Source: a virus
Reading direction: 5' to 3' (one strand)
Length of the DNA stretch: 32,150 nucleotides
Virus genome (UHGV): UHGV-0070112
The notes under the pieces are model-generated. The model searched no databases. It saw nothing but the letters and a program-made list of their open reading frames with translations, and had not been told where the DNA came from. Made by a program: the position numbers and the translations under genes. Below are positions 1-8,373 of this stretch, piece by piece (position 1 is the stretch's first letter; every line of letters starts with the position of its first letter).

Positions 1-1143
1 AAGGATGCGGCCAGAATAGTTGGCGCCAGTCGGCAAAACTAGTTGACGTCTAATAAACGCCAGTGCCGTCAAATCACGCGATCCGGACAGGTCTAAACCG
101 CCATAGCATTCCTCACCTTCCAGTTCATCTGGATCAAAGCTCTCCTCACAACCCATCCAGACATCACTGCTCATCCACGGATTAGCCGCGTCAACCCACT
201 GACAGAAGTTAAGACGTCTGACGATGCTCTCTTTCGATGGCATCCCGCGGGCCTGAGTCACCTGCTCACGAAGATAGCTTTCTTCAAAGGTGTGACCCAG
301 CGAAGGGTTAGCTTTCTTCCAGCAGGACTCATCCTTGAAAGGATCGTCTCCTTCATCCAGAGAACAAATGAAGGCGAAAAAGCTGTCATCTTCTATCGAA
401 CCGGCAGAAACCTTTCGGCCGTATTCGTGATAGTCATAGCAGACGCTCGTTTTATCGTGCCCACTGTTGGTGATCATGAAAATCAGCGCCTGCCGACGAC
501 CTTTGGTACCGGCACGCATCATTTCAACAACCTGATTGCTTTTATGCTCGTGAACTTCATCAATAAGAGCGCAATGTGGTCGCGGGCCGGACTGCCCGTC
601 ATCTGAACTGATTGGACGAAAGAAGGAACCAGACTGAAGAAAAGCCAGGTTCCATTCCTTCCCGGCACCACCTGATTTCTGAATACGTGCGGAAAGAGCT
701 GGAGACTGATCAACCATCGCCACCGCATCACGGAAAAGGACCATTGCCTGGTCTTTCTTCGTGGCAGCGGCATAAACTTCAGCGCGTGCTTCTTTATCCG
801 CAGTGAGACAGTAAAGCCCTATACCCGCAGACAGAGGGGATTTCCCGGATCCCTTCCCGGACTCCACGTAAACCATTCGGAACCGGCGAAAACCTCTGGC
901 GTTTTTCCAGCCAAAAATAGATCCAACGATGAAGCACTGCCATGGCAGTAACACGAAAGGCTCGCCTTCAAAATCGCCACCATTGAGCTTCAGAACTTTA
1001 GCAAAATAGTCAATCGAGCGTTGCGCCGCCTCAACATCCCAGTGCATACCACGGGCATGACATGACTGCAGATCGTTGAGGTGGCGCTGGCATGAGTTAC
1101 GTATGTCAGGACCAGCCAGTTCTTTGCCCGAGGTTACATCCAT
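1..1143 (-). CDS. Phage terminase large subunit, N-terminal part (gene continues past window start)
   Basis: Manual minus-strand translation from ATG at 1143 is open for 381 codons to position 1 (MDVTSGKELAGPDIRNSCQRHLNDLQ...). Contains Walker-A-like VESGKGSGKS and Walker-B-like ALIDEVHEH. Lies directly downstream of terS. Not in the supplied ORF track. Confidence 0.85.
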   Translation of the reverse strand, partial: MDVTSGKELAGPDIRNSCQRHLNDLQSCHARGMHWDVEAAQRSIDYFAKVLKLNGGDFEGEPFVLLPWQCFIVGSIFGWKNARGFRRFRMVYVESGKGSGKSPLSAGIGLYCLTADKEARAEVYAAATKKDQAMVLFRDAVAMVDQSPALSARIQKSGGAGKEWNLAFLQSGSFFRPISSDDGQSGPRPHCALIDEVHEHKSNQVVEMMRAGTKGRRQALIFMITNSGHDKTSVCYDYHEYGRKVSAGSIEDDSFFAFICSLDEGDDPFKDESCWKKANPSLGHTFEESYLREQVTQARGMPSKESIVRRLNFCQWVDAANPWMSSDVWMGCEESFDPDELEGEECYGGLDLSGSRDLTALAFIRRQLVLPTGANYSGRIL

Positions 1144-1162
1144 CGCATATTGGGTTGCTGGA

Positions 1163-1627
1163 TCAACCGAAGAACTTGTCGAGCGTGTCCTCTTCGGGGT
1201 CTTCGCCATTCACTTTCACCTTCGTCCTTGCCGCTGGCGTCAGACCGAATTCAACCAGGTAACTTTTAAAACGGCGGTCGGCATCGGCCAGCATCGAAAC
1301 GGCCGGGTTAGCTTTGATAAGAAAACCACCCTCGGTCTGGACGGTATAGGTTCTTCCCTCTACTGCGATGGTGTCGCGCAACTGAAGGATATCAGCGTAA
1401 ATATCGCATAGCCGTTCAAGGGCTAAGGTATCGGCAACCGTCAACACCCCCATCCCGTCAAGGAGAACAGTCAACCTTCCCCAGGCAACCTTTCCCCAGT
1501 CGGTCAGGTGCGCAGGCGGGCTTGGAATTTCTCGCGCCGGAGTCGGTTCTTTATCGTTGAGTTTACGTTTGCCCGGGTTGCCGGAGACCACTTTGAGGTG
1601 GGTCGGTTTCGGGCGTCTTCCTGCCAT
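1163..1627 (-). CDS. Phage terminase small subunit (P27-like)
   Basis: 154-aa ORF. N-terminus MAGRRPKPTHLKVVSGNPGKR is characteristic of P27-type small terminases. GGGAGG RBS upstream. Immediately precedes terL. Confidence 0.8.
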   Translation of the reverse strand: MAGRRPKPTHLKVVSGNPGKRKLNDKEPTPAREIPSPPAHLTDWGKVAWGRLTVLLDGMGVLTVADTLALERLCDIYADILQLRDTIAVEGRTYTVQTEGGFLIKANPAVSMLADADRRFKSYLVEFGLTPAARTKVKVNGEDPEEDTLDKFFG

Positions 1628-1805
1628 CGGAACCTCCCGGAAAAAAACTTTTCATTTCGCGGTTGTGCACAAAAAGGATGGGCGGTGGTCATTTGGGTTC
1701 GAGGTTCTGAACTTTTGACCCGCCCCCCTCAGATGAGAATCGATATCATTTGGATGCTAATTATTTCAAATGACAATCAATTTTGATATGTATTGATAAT
1801 GGTTA
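1628..1805. other. Candidate cos/packaging-site region
   Basis: 178-bp non-coding gap between the HNH endonuclease gene and terS, the usual cos position in HNH-terminase phages. G/C-rich core (gacccgcccccctcag) with AT-rich flanks. Confidence 0.3.
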
Positions 1806-2147
1806 TCACTTAAACCAATGAGAAGCCGGGTCAAGTGGCATCCCGTTTTCATCGCAGCCGATCACAGTGCCACGCTTCTCCATTCGCTGCTTGGTTGAGT
1901 CGTGGTGCTGCTTACACAGCCCTTGCCAGTTCTTCCGGCTCCAGAAAAGCTTTTGCGCTTTCGCTATTGCCTGGCTGTCACCAGAGCGCAGAGCCTCTTT
2001 CAGTTTGTGCGGTATGATGTGGTCAACCACAGTGGCCGCTGTCACCCTGCCTTGCTCCTGGCACATGACGCATAAGGGGTGCGCACGAAGGAATATAAGG
2101 CGCTCACGGTCCCATTTGCTGCCGTATATGCGCGGTTCTTTGTTCAT
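1806..2147 (-). CDS. HNH endonuclease (terminase-associated)
   Basis: 113 aa with Cys/His HNH signature (CVMCQEQGR...VDHIIPH...CKQHHDSTK). Sits upstream of terS across the putative cos gap. Confidence 0.85.
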   Translation of the reverse strand: MNKEPRIYGSKWDRERLIFLRAHPLCVMCQEQGRVTAATVVDHIIPHKLKEALRSGDSQAIAKAQKLFWSRKNWQGLCKQHHDSTKQRMEKRGTVIGCDENGMPLDPASHWFK

Positions 2148-2202
2148 GTTATCGCCCCTTAAGCATTATCACAGGCACTCAGTGAATGCCTGCTGTAATG
2201 CC

Positions 2203-2448
2203 TTAGCTTGCCTGCTCTGCGCCGGTATCGAAGAGCGGTAGCGCTTCAGTTGCTTCCTGTACTGCTTTCATCGTCTTTGCCACTACCTCAGTTTCTGAGG
2301 TGACACGGCTATATTGCTGGATGAATAACTGGTATTTAAGCGGACTGTCCTGAACAAACTCTACAGCGACTTTTGCAGCGGCAGTGTCATAGTTCAGGGT
2401 GGATAGCAGGTTGAGACGAATCTGCTGAGCGTCGGTAATTTCGACCAT
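2203..2448 (-). CDS. Hypothetical phage protein
   Basis: 81-aa ORF co-oriented with the late genes; no recognisable motif. Confidence 0.45.
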   Translation of the reverse strand: MVEITDAQQIRLNLLSTLNYDTAAAKVAVEFVQDSPLKYQLFIQQYSRVTSETEVVAKTMKAVQEATEALPLFDTGAEQAS

Positions 2449-2512
2449 GTCATACCTCTGTGCGATGTGGGGAGCATTATCGAAGCCCTTCGCTGAAGAG
2501 CTTCTGTAATGC

Positions 2513-2713
2513 CTACTGTTGGGCCCTGTGTTCGTAACGAGAGATGGTCTTACCGTTTGCGTTCATCACATACGCCACCTCTCCCTGCTTCAGGAACACG
2601 TTCTGGTCCATTCCCGTTACCGCGATGCTCTGCTGGTCAGGATTGAAACCAACACTCAGGCCACAATGGATTTCTTCGCCGCCACCTGGCGACATCACTT
2701 TTACTGTTAACAT
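2513..2713 (-). CDS. Hypothetical small protein
   Basis: Start revised to ATG at 2713 (MLTVKVMSPGGG...), which has a GGAGAAGAAG RBS; the track ORF begins further upstream. Confidence 0.45.
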   Translation of the reverse strand: MLTVKVMSPGGGEEIHCGLSVGFNPDQQSIAVTGMDQNVFLKQGEVAYVMNANGKTISRYEHRAQQ

Positions 2714-2835
2714 GCTTCTTCTCCTGCTTCTGGTAATAAAAATGCCGCACTGTGGCGGCACTGATCGAATATCAGGATATAAAGTACCCCTGAGCCAGGT
2801 TAGGCTGATAAAACCACTACAACAAAGGAGGTTTT

Positions 2836-3021
2836 ATGTCTGGTCTTGTGAATCCAAAAGATTCCCCTGAAGAGGCTGCATACGCACTGATAATTGAGCT
2901 TGTAAGAGCACAGCGTGTACCGGTTTATTCATCAAATATTTCCGGACTGCTGTCGCTCTATAATGAGGCTGTCGAGCATTTCAAAGACGGTGAGGGCGAA
3001 ATTCACAAAATCCGTGAATGA
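2836..3021 (+). CDS. Hypothetical small protein (moron, plus strand)
   Basis: 61-aa ORF with strong RBS AAAGGAGG 7 nt before the ATG. Opposite strand to the flanking late genes. Confidence 0.5.
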   Translation: MSGLVNPKDSPEEAAYALIIELVRAQRVPVYSSNISGLLSLYNEAVEHFKDGEGEIHKIRE

Positions 3022-3041
3022 ACTAAAAACAGCGGCAGCAG

Positions 3042-3314
3042 CTAGTCGGAGGAGGTCGCGCGGCGACGCATATTCAAAAGTTCTGTCAGCTCTGAATAAG
3101 CCCGAGTAATGCTGGCATCCAGCTCGCTAATGCACCAGATCCAGAGGTCTTGCGCGTCCGTTTCTTCTTCTGGCTGAGTTGAGGCTGCTACTGCGCCTGC
3201 GATGTTGACAGGCAGTCCGAGACTGCTCAATTCATCTTTCAGCAGGCGCACCTTTTCGATGACTGAATCAATGGCGCTGTCATCAATTTCAATTACGAGT
3301 TTTCTTTCTTTCAT
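3042..3314 (-). CDS. Hypothetical small protein
   Basis: Start placed at ATG 3314 (MKERKLVIEIDD...) with GGAG RBS; track ORF starts further upstream. Convergent with 2836..3021. Confidence 0.4.
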   Translation of the reverse strand: MKERKLVIEIDDSAIDSVIEKVRLLKDELSSLGLPVNIAGAVAASTQPEEETDAQDLWIWCISELDASITRAYSELTELLNMRRRATSSD

Positions 3315-3448
3315 GGATACTCCGTTACGGGCATAAATAGCCTCGCTTTTGCGTGGCATCACGATTAATGGCTGGCGCATGGGTGGCAGGCTTTATATCT
3401 CCCTGATACTGTTAAATGGTAAAACTCAACAGAACGGGTGGTGAAAAC

Positions 3449-3733
3449 ATGATCGATCATTACTACGTAACTCACGCTCAAATCCTGGCGCTGAGAAACG
3501 TTGTCGCTTTTATCGTGCAAACGATGCCTGAAGAACAAAAAGAAACTGTCCTGCAGGTTTTGAAAAAATTTGCTGAAATAGAATTGATGGATGGTGTCGA
3601 CACGCCGCCTACAAGTGACATCACCCTAAAAACAGTTGAGAAATTAAACAAAGCCTACAAGGCTATCTTCAATGAGATTATTGATCTTTCAACGCCTGGA
3701 CCTGAATCTGGTTCAAAAGGCTACCTGCAATAG
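3449..3733 (+). CDS. Hypothetical protein (moron, plus strand)
   Basis: Start revised to ATG 3449 (MIDHYYVTHAQ...) with GGGTGGTGA RBS. AT-rich by eye. Overlaps the 3' end of minus-strand ORF 3678..3827, so one of the two may be spurious. Confidence 0.35.
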   Translation: MIDHYYVTHAQILALRNVVAFIVQTMPEEQKETVLQVLKKFAEIELMDGVDTPPTSDITLKTVEKLNKAYKAIFNEIIDLSTPGPESGSKGYLQ

Positions 3734-3827
3734 CTCTTGCCTTACTATTCATAGCGGCCAGAACTTGCTTATCTGGCCCTTTCTCAAGTTTGATCAGGCG
3801 AGATTCAATATCGCTTGGCTTAGTCAT
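3678..3827 (-). CDS. Hypothetical 49-aa protein, coupled to o-spanin
   Basis: Manual translation MTKPSDIESRLIKLEKGPDKQVLAAMNSKARAIAGSLLNQIQVQALKDQ. ATG overlaps the o-spanin stop (ATGA) and has an AAGGA RBS. Below the track length cut-off. Confidence 0.35.
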   Translation of the reverse strand: MTKPSDIESRLIKLEKGPDKQVLAAMNSKARAIAGSLLNQIQVQALKDQ

Positions 3828-4054
3828 CGCGTAATCCTTTTGGTTGATTGCGGGCAGTTGGCCAGCACAGATTTGTTATGCGCCAGAATGTCGCGCTTCG
3901 TTTGTCTGTCCAGCGCGTCGATATCGTGATCAGTCAGGTAGATGATCCGCACCCAGTTGCAGGCGGTATCAACCACCACCGGGGCGGGTAAAGTTTTCGC
4001 GCAGCTCCCGATCAACATCGTCATCAGGCATATGGCTAACAGTCTGCTGTACAT
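3824..4054 (-). CDS. Putative o-spanin (Rz1-like lipoprotein)
   Basis: Start taken at internal Met (MYSRLLAICLMTMLIGSCAK...), giving a signal peptide plus lipobox-like IGSC. Overlaps the i-spanin candidate in a different frame, as Rz/Rz1 pairs do. Confidence 0.5.
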   Translation of the reverse strand: MYSRLLAICLMTMLIGSCAKTLPAPVVVDTACNWVRIIYLTDHDIDALDRQTKRDILAHNKSVLANCPQSTKRITR

Positions 4055-4244
4055 TGCTGGCCTCTTTCGTTGCTTGCGCCTTCCGTTCTGCCATGGCGAC
4101 GGTGGCGGTGGCGTTCTCTTCGGTTCGCTGCTGATCGGCTTTGGCTTCCGCCTTGCTGGTCCCGCGGGCATGGCCCAACCCAAATGCGCCAGCGACAATG
4201 GCCAGCAACGCAGCTGCCAGACCAATAATCATTTCAATGCCCAT
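3969..4244 (-). CDS. Putative i-spanin (Rz-like)
   Basis: Start revised to ATG 4244 (MGIEMIIGLAAALLAIVAGAF...) with GAGGT RBS, 8 nt after the endolysin stop. N-terminal TM helix then charged helical region. Confidence 0.45.
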   Translation of the reverse strand: MGIEMIIGLAAALLAIVAGAFGLGHARGTSKAEAKADQQRTEENATATVAMAERKAQATKEASNVQQTVSHMPDDDVDRELRENFTRPGGG

Positions 4245-4251
4245 AGTGACC

Positions 4252-4881
4252 TCACACCAGTACTGATTTAGCCTGATTAAACAGCGCTCGGCGTTTATCC
4301 AGACCGTTGCGGCCACCGTTAATAAGCAGTGTTACGCGCTCAACATCACCGGAATGAAGCAGGCAACCGTGGGAGACATAAAACCATGCGGCCGAACGTG
4401 CAGCGTAATCATCTCGCTCCAGCAGCTCAGGCTGGGTAACAAGGTCAAGTTTCAGCGCCTGTCCGCAGCTGCGATAGTTGCTCAAGCCCGTAACTTGTTT
4501 CAGGCCGCGACCGCGATATTTCCAGCCATCACCAGCAACCTGATTACCGAGATTCTTTTTGCCCCACTCGCCCCCATACACCAGATTAGCGATTGCTCGC
4601 TGATTCGCTGGTTGTGTTGCCGTTCTGCCGAGTGCGGCGGCCTGCTGGGCGGTGATACGGTGTTTGCCGAACGTAGGAACAAGTCTGTCGGCGGCGTAGT
4701 TCAGGCTTTCCACCAACGTTGTATAACCACCGGATTCATGCCCCATCTGCGCGATGAACATCGCCTGATCGAGTGGAGCTGTGATACCGAATTCTTTCAT
4801 CGCAGCATCAATGTGCGGAAACCAGCGCGCAGCTAACCCGGCGCTGATACCAGCCGCCCGTTGAAATTGTGATTGGTTCAT
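4252..4881 (-). CDS. Endolysin, GH19 chitinase-like lysozyme
   Basis: 209 aa; motifs FIAQMGHESGG and NLVYGGEWGKKNLGN typical of GH19-type phage lysozymes. Sits between holin-like and spanin genes. Confidence 0.8.
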   Translation of the reverse strand: MNQSQFQRAAGISAGLAARWFPHIDAAMKEFGITAPLDQAMFIAQMGHESGGYTTLVESLNYAADRLVPTFGKHRITAQQAAALGRTATQPANQRAIANLVYGGEWGKKNLGNQVAGDGWKYRGRGLKQVTGLSNYRSCGQALKLDLVTQPELLERDDYAARSAAWFYVSHGCLLHSGDVERVTLLINGGRNGLDKRRALFNQAKSVLV

Positions 4882-5162
4882 CAGTGCCTCAGTGCATCAA
4901 CAAGCCGTGCTACATTGCCTCTTACGCTCAGCAGCACAACAAGGATCATGATATTGGCCCCGATGGTGGGCCATGTTGAATAGGGATAGATGCCGCACAG
5001 ATACGCCAGCGGCACAGAGCTGTATAACACTGTTATCAGCCATGCCAGCCGGGAGACCCACTTACGATGCCGTGAATCTCGACGGCGATAGAACATCAGA
5101 GTAACCACGATACCAGCGCATAACAGCGCATTGATTGTTGCTGTCGGATCATTTAGTACCAC
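4881..5162 (-). CDS. Lysis-cassette membrane protein (holin/antiholin-like)
   Basis: 93 aa with about three hydrophobic helices; immediately upstream of the endolysin. Confidence 0.5.
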   Translation of the reverse strand: MVLNDPTATINALLCAGIVVTLMFYRRRDSRHRKWVSRLAWLITVLYSSVPLAYLCGIYPYSTWPTIGANIMILVVLLSVRGNVARLVDALRH

Positions 5163-5535
5163 CGGAACCTCCCCGGCGCGTTATTAGCGCCACCAGCGAG
5201 CCAATATCCTGATTGTTCAGGAAGGTGAGTATTTTCACGGCCAATGCCGAAATGATTACGGCACCAATAGCATCCAGCGGTTTATCGCTGTATCCGGTAA
5301 GGGCTGATAGCTTGGAGCCTACTAACCCGGCGCACAGAACACCGGCGATATAGGACACCACGAAATAAGCCATACGCCGTGTTGCGCTCAAATCGGCAGC
5401 GGTCGCTATATAAAATACAGAACCAGCAAATGCCCCGAACACAACACCGTAATCAGTACCGGTTAACAGCCCGTAAACACTCGCACCCGTTAAAGCGCCG
5501 CCAGCTAAGCCTGTGCCGGTTATTGGTTCGGACAT
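5149..5535 (-). CDS. Putative holin
   Basis: 128 aa, Gly/Ala-rich with multiple TM segments; first gene of the lysis block. Confidence 0.55.
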   Translation of the reverse strand: MSEPITGTGLAGGALTGASVYGLLTGTDYGVVFGAFAGSVFYIATAADLSATRRMAYFVVSYIAGVLCAGLVGSKLSALTGYSDKPLDAIGAVIISALAVKILTFLNNQDIGSLVALITRRGGSGGTK

Positions 5536-5777
5536 CAGTCCCCCTCAATTGCTGTGAATCCTCTCAGAACGAGGGGAAAATGGAATGGTCGCCAGATAAC
5601 AGCCACCAAAAATCACTGTAAAAATATCAGGGTTCACCACCCTCTCAGACGGATTTATTCTTCTTGTTCAGTCTCGTCCGCGTACGAAGCCGAGGATGTA
5701 TCCAAGACCAAAACAAGAAAACCCGAATCCCACCACGGGTAAAACTGAATAAATAAAATAAGGCATAGGGAAATCTC

Positions 5778-6188
5778 ATGGAAATTATTTCAGTAATCGG
5801 GGTGATACTGACACTGCTAGGGCTATTTATACCGTCACTAATCAGTAACCATTCGGCACGTAAGGCAGAGTTCAGGAAGCAATCCGCGCCACTGCTGGGA
5901 AAGTTGCTAAGCGAAATTGAGGCTATTGAAGGAGGCTCTTATCCATTCAGGCTTATCAGCGATGCTGATTTCAACCAGTTGCTACCTTACGCCCCGAGGC
6001 GCAGGAAAAACGCCCTCCTTGATGCTTACACCAGTTATCTCGACGCTCATACGATGGCCACCACGAAGCACTGGCACGATGAACATCCATCCGATGGAAT
6101 GCTATTTTTCCCGACGGGTTTCTTAGTCACTAATTCAGATGAGGTACTGAAGAAAATGCAACCTCTGAAAAAAGAACTCAGCAGATAG
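5778..6188 (+). CDS. Hypothetical membrane-anchored protein (moron, plus strand)
   Basis: 136 aa with N-terminal TM helix (IISVIGVILTLLGLFIPSLI). Opposite strand to the lysis genes; 3' end overlaps the convergent ORF 6135..6656. Confidence 0.45.
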   Translation: MEIISVIGVILTLLGLFIPSLISNHSARKAEFRKQSAPLLGKLLSEIEAIEGGSYPFRLISDADFNQLLPYAPRRRKNALLDAYTSYLDAHTMATTKHWHDEHPSDGMLFFPTGFLVTNSDEVLKKMQPLKKELSR

Positions 6189-6656
6189 TCCTTTAGGATG
6201 GCCGCCAGATGGATTTACGACTAAACACTGAAAGTGAGTGACGTTCTGGCGCACAAATGAAAAAAGCCACGCAAATGCGCAGCCCTTAGAAACGAAAAAG
6301 CCACCCGAAGGTGGCTCACTGTTCAGCGTTAGAGGTATACCCACCTTCGCCTTTAATGCAGCGTTATCATCTTTCAGGCGATCTACTTGGTTTTGCAACC
6401 TTTCAATTTCCTTATCGGTGTTGTCTCGGTCGCGCTGAAGACCTTTTATTACTTCACCTTGGGACGCCTGTACTTCTTTTGAGGCCTGAACGGCCGCCTC
6501 AGTCTCATCGACGGTGTTAATTAAACGAACCGTCAGGAATGAAACAATGGCCATCAGAAGAACGACCATAGCGGTAAGAATCCAGACCTTCACGCCGGAA
6601 GCAGAATTATCAGAGGCTTCTATAAGAAATTCCTTATGAATAGAAAAAATACCCAA
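6135..6656 (-). CDS. TM plus coiled-coil protein, start and C-terminus uncertain
   Basis: TM helix (VKVWILTAMVVLLMAIVSFL) followed by a heptad-like segment (EIERLQNQVDRLKDDNAALKAKVG). No ATG start with RBS. The C-terminal third reads through a perfect hairpin at ~6296-6316 and looks non-protein-like. Confidence 0.35.
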   Translation of the reverse strand: MGIFSIHKEFLIEASDNSASGVKVWILTAMVVLLMAIVSFLTVRLINTVDETEAAVQASKEVQASQGEVIKGLQRDRDNTDKEIERLQNQVDRLKDDNAALKAKVGIPLTLNSEPPSGGFFVSKGCAFAWLFSFVRQNVTHFQCLVVNPSGGHPKGLSAEFFFQRLHFLQYLI

Positions 6657-7242
6657 CGCGCGGCCGCGACGTTAGAACCATGGGTATTTTAACTACATAA
6701 GGTTATGAAGATCTTCGGAAAAAATGAGATGATGGTTTGTTTGGTTATTTAATGAGCGAAAACAGCCAAAATCCCCATGCAGGGATGATAAAAAACGTCA
6801 TTGTGTAGACGACTGCAGGCTGTAATTTATTCAAATTAAATTTCCTTAGTAGGGCTCTATGTGTCCTACAACATCCAACCTACCTAAAGACATTGATTGA
6901 TACAAGAGGAAAAACACTACTTTTTTATCAAATTGGGATCGGTTTTGTTTCCGATGGCGCGGCATTATACGGAGATAACCCAAGTTATCAACAGAAATTG
7001 CCAGCATATGTACGCAAAATGTGCTGTTTCTAATTTTGAGATGGTTGTGGTGCCGGGTGCCTCCCGGTGAGCATGCCCCAACAGACATTACTCGCGCGGT
7101 ATTCACAGGGCTTTCGCTCTATTAGTTGGACGCCCCTCCGCATAGGGGGATTCACCACACGGATAATTTAGGATGTAGTCATAGGCGGCGTCAATAACTG
7201 ACACTCTGTCAAAGGCACCATTACGATGCCTTTTGCACAGTG

Positions 7243-7398
7243 CTAATCACTGGATCTAATAAGGGGCCAGAGCAAAGCGATTACCCCAGCTACCAGCACG
7301 CCATCAGCCAGGATTGACATCATTTTGCTGGTGAAGTCGATAGCAACCACCAGAAACAAAAGCACCCCGGCTGCGGCCCAGCGAAGTTTACCGATCAC
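7243..7398 (-). CDS. Hypothetical 51-aa two-TM peptide, coupled to TerB-like gene
   Basis: Manual translation (M)IGKLRWAAAGVLLFLVVAIDFTSKMMSILADGVLVAGVIALLWPLIRSSD. GTG start overlaps the TerB stop (GTGA). Below the track length cut-off. Confidence 0.35.
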   Translation of the reverse strand: MIGKLRWAAAGVLLFLVVAIDFTSKMMSILADGVLVAGVIALLWPLIRSSD

Positions 7399-7820
7399 AG
7401 GTACTGGTCCAGAGGAAGTTGCAGAGCTTGGGCAATTTTCTTCAGCTGTTTCTCTTCTTCTTCCCCGATACCGTCATTATCTGCTACATCAAGACACAGG
7501 CAAAGAACATCGACAGCGTCATCCGTCCCGGCAACATCAGCCAGTTCGCGCAACGCCTGAGCGTTGGCTGAACGCGGCGATGCTTCGTAACGAGCGCGAA
7601 TATTCGAACTCATCTGGGCAATTTCACCAGCAAATGGCGCGAATGCCGGCAGGGCCGAAATAGTCTTCTCCAGCACTGCAATCTCTTTTGCATCGCAGGT
7701 ACCATCGGCGTATGCAATCGAGTACGCTCCCCAGACCGTGGCTTCTACAGCATCGCGGTTTTCCATTTTTTTCACTTCAACAACGGCTTTACGGGCTTTC
7801 TTTTTAAAAATACCAAACAT
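7395..7820 (-). CDS. TerB-like domain protein
   Basis: 141 aa with acidic helical TerB-like core (CLCLDVADNDGIGEEEEKQLKKIAQALQL). AAGGA RBS upstream. Confidence 0.55.
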   Translation of the reverse strand: MFGIFKKKARKAVVEVKKMENRDAVEATVWGAYSIAYADGTCDAKEIAVLEKTISALPAFAPFAGEIAQMSSNIRARYEASPRSANAQALRELADVAGTDDAVDVLCLCLDVADNDGIGEEEEKQLKKIAQALQLPLDQYL

Positions 7821-7952
7821 AGTGACTTTCCTTTTAGCGGGTGAGCCAGCGCTCAGGAATGATCAGCCCACAGAGACAGTCACACTGACTATTCCCTATG
7901 GCTCACCCCTGAAAGGCTCTGTGGTTATATAACGCCGAGCGTGGCGCAGATA

Positions 7953-7977
7953 CGAAAAAGGCCCGCAAATGCGAGCC
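7953..7977 (-). terminator. Intrinsic terminator between late-leader region and TerB-like gene
   Basis: Minus-strand hairpin GGCUCGC-AUUU-GCGGGCC followed by UUUUU. Confidence 0.5.
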
Positions 7978-8373
7978 TGGTTGATCCGCTTACTGATACG
8001 GAGCGACCAACCTAAGTTGTCGCAGATTCAAATTGTGGCCCTGCCTTTAAGTCACTTTGCGCGCAGCTGGGACATGTAGTTTTCGCATCGTGATCGGGAT
8101 TCGCTTCAGGCGCTGGCCCCGCAGCCATATAAGTGCCGGTTACGGTTCCGGCCAGGCCTCTTCCTCAACGGGTTATTCTCCATACGGATTTCCGTTTGTT
8201 GGTCGTTCCTGCGATCTCAATTTTCCGGTTACGTTTATCCGGTGGCTTACGCCCGGTTTAGCCCTAAGGTAAGGGATTTGGTTGTGGTGGCAGGCGCCCA
8301 TCTCCTGCTTAACGTCAATCAACGCTTGCACATCGCTACGTTATGGGCCGGGATCAACCGATATTTTCGCTCG

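Noticed and set aside
519-773. 84-aa minus-strand track ORF
   Set aside because: It is out of frame inside the terminase large subunit gene, which reads through this interval without a stop.
6846-7106. 86-aa minus-strand ORF in the gap downstream of the TerB-like gene
   Set aside because: No RBS, odd composition, and it lies in an AT-rich stretch full of stops in the other frames; more likely non-coding.
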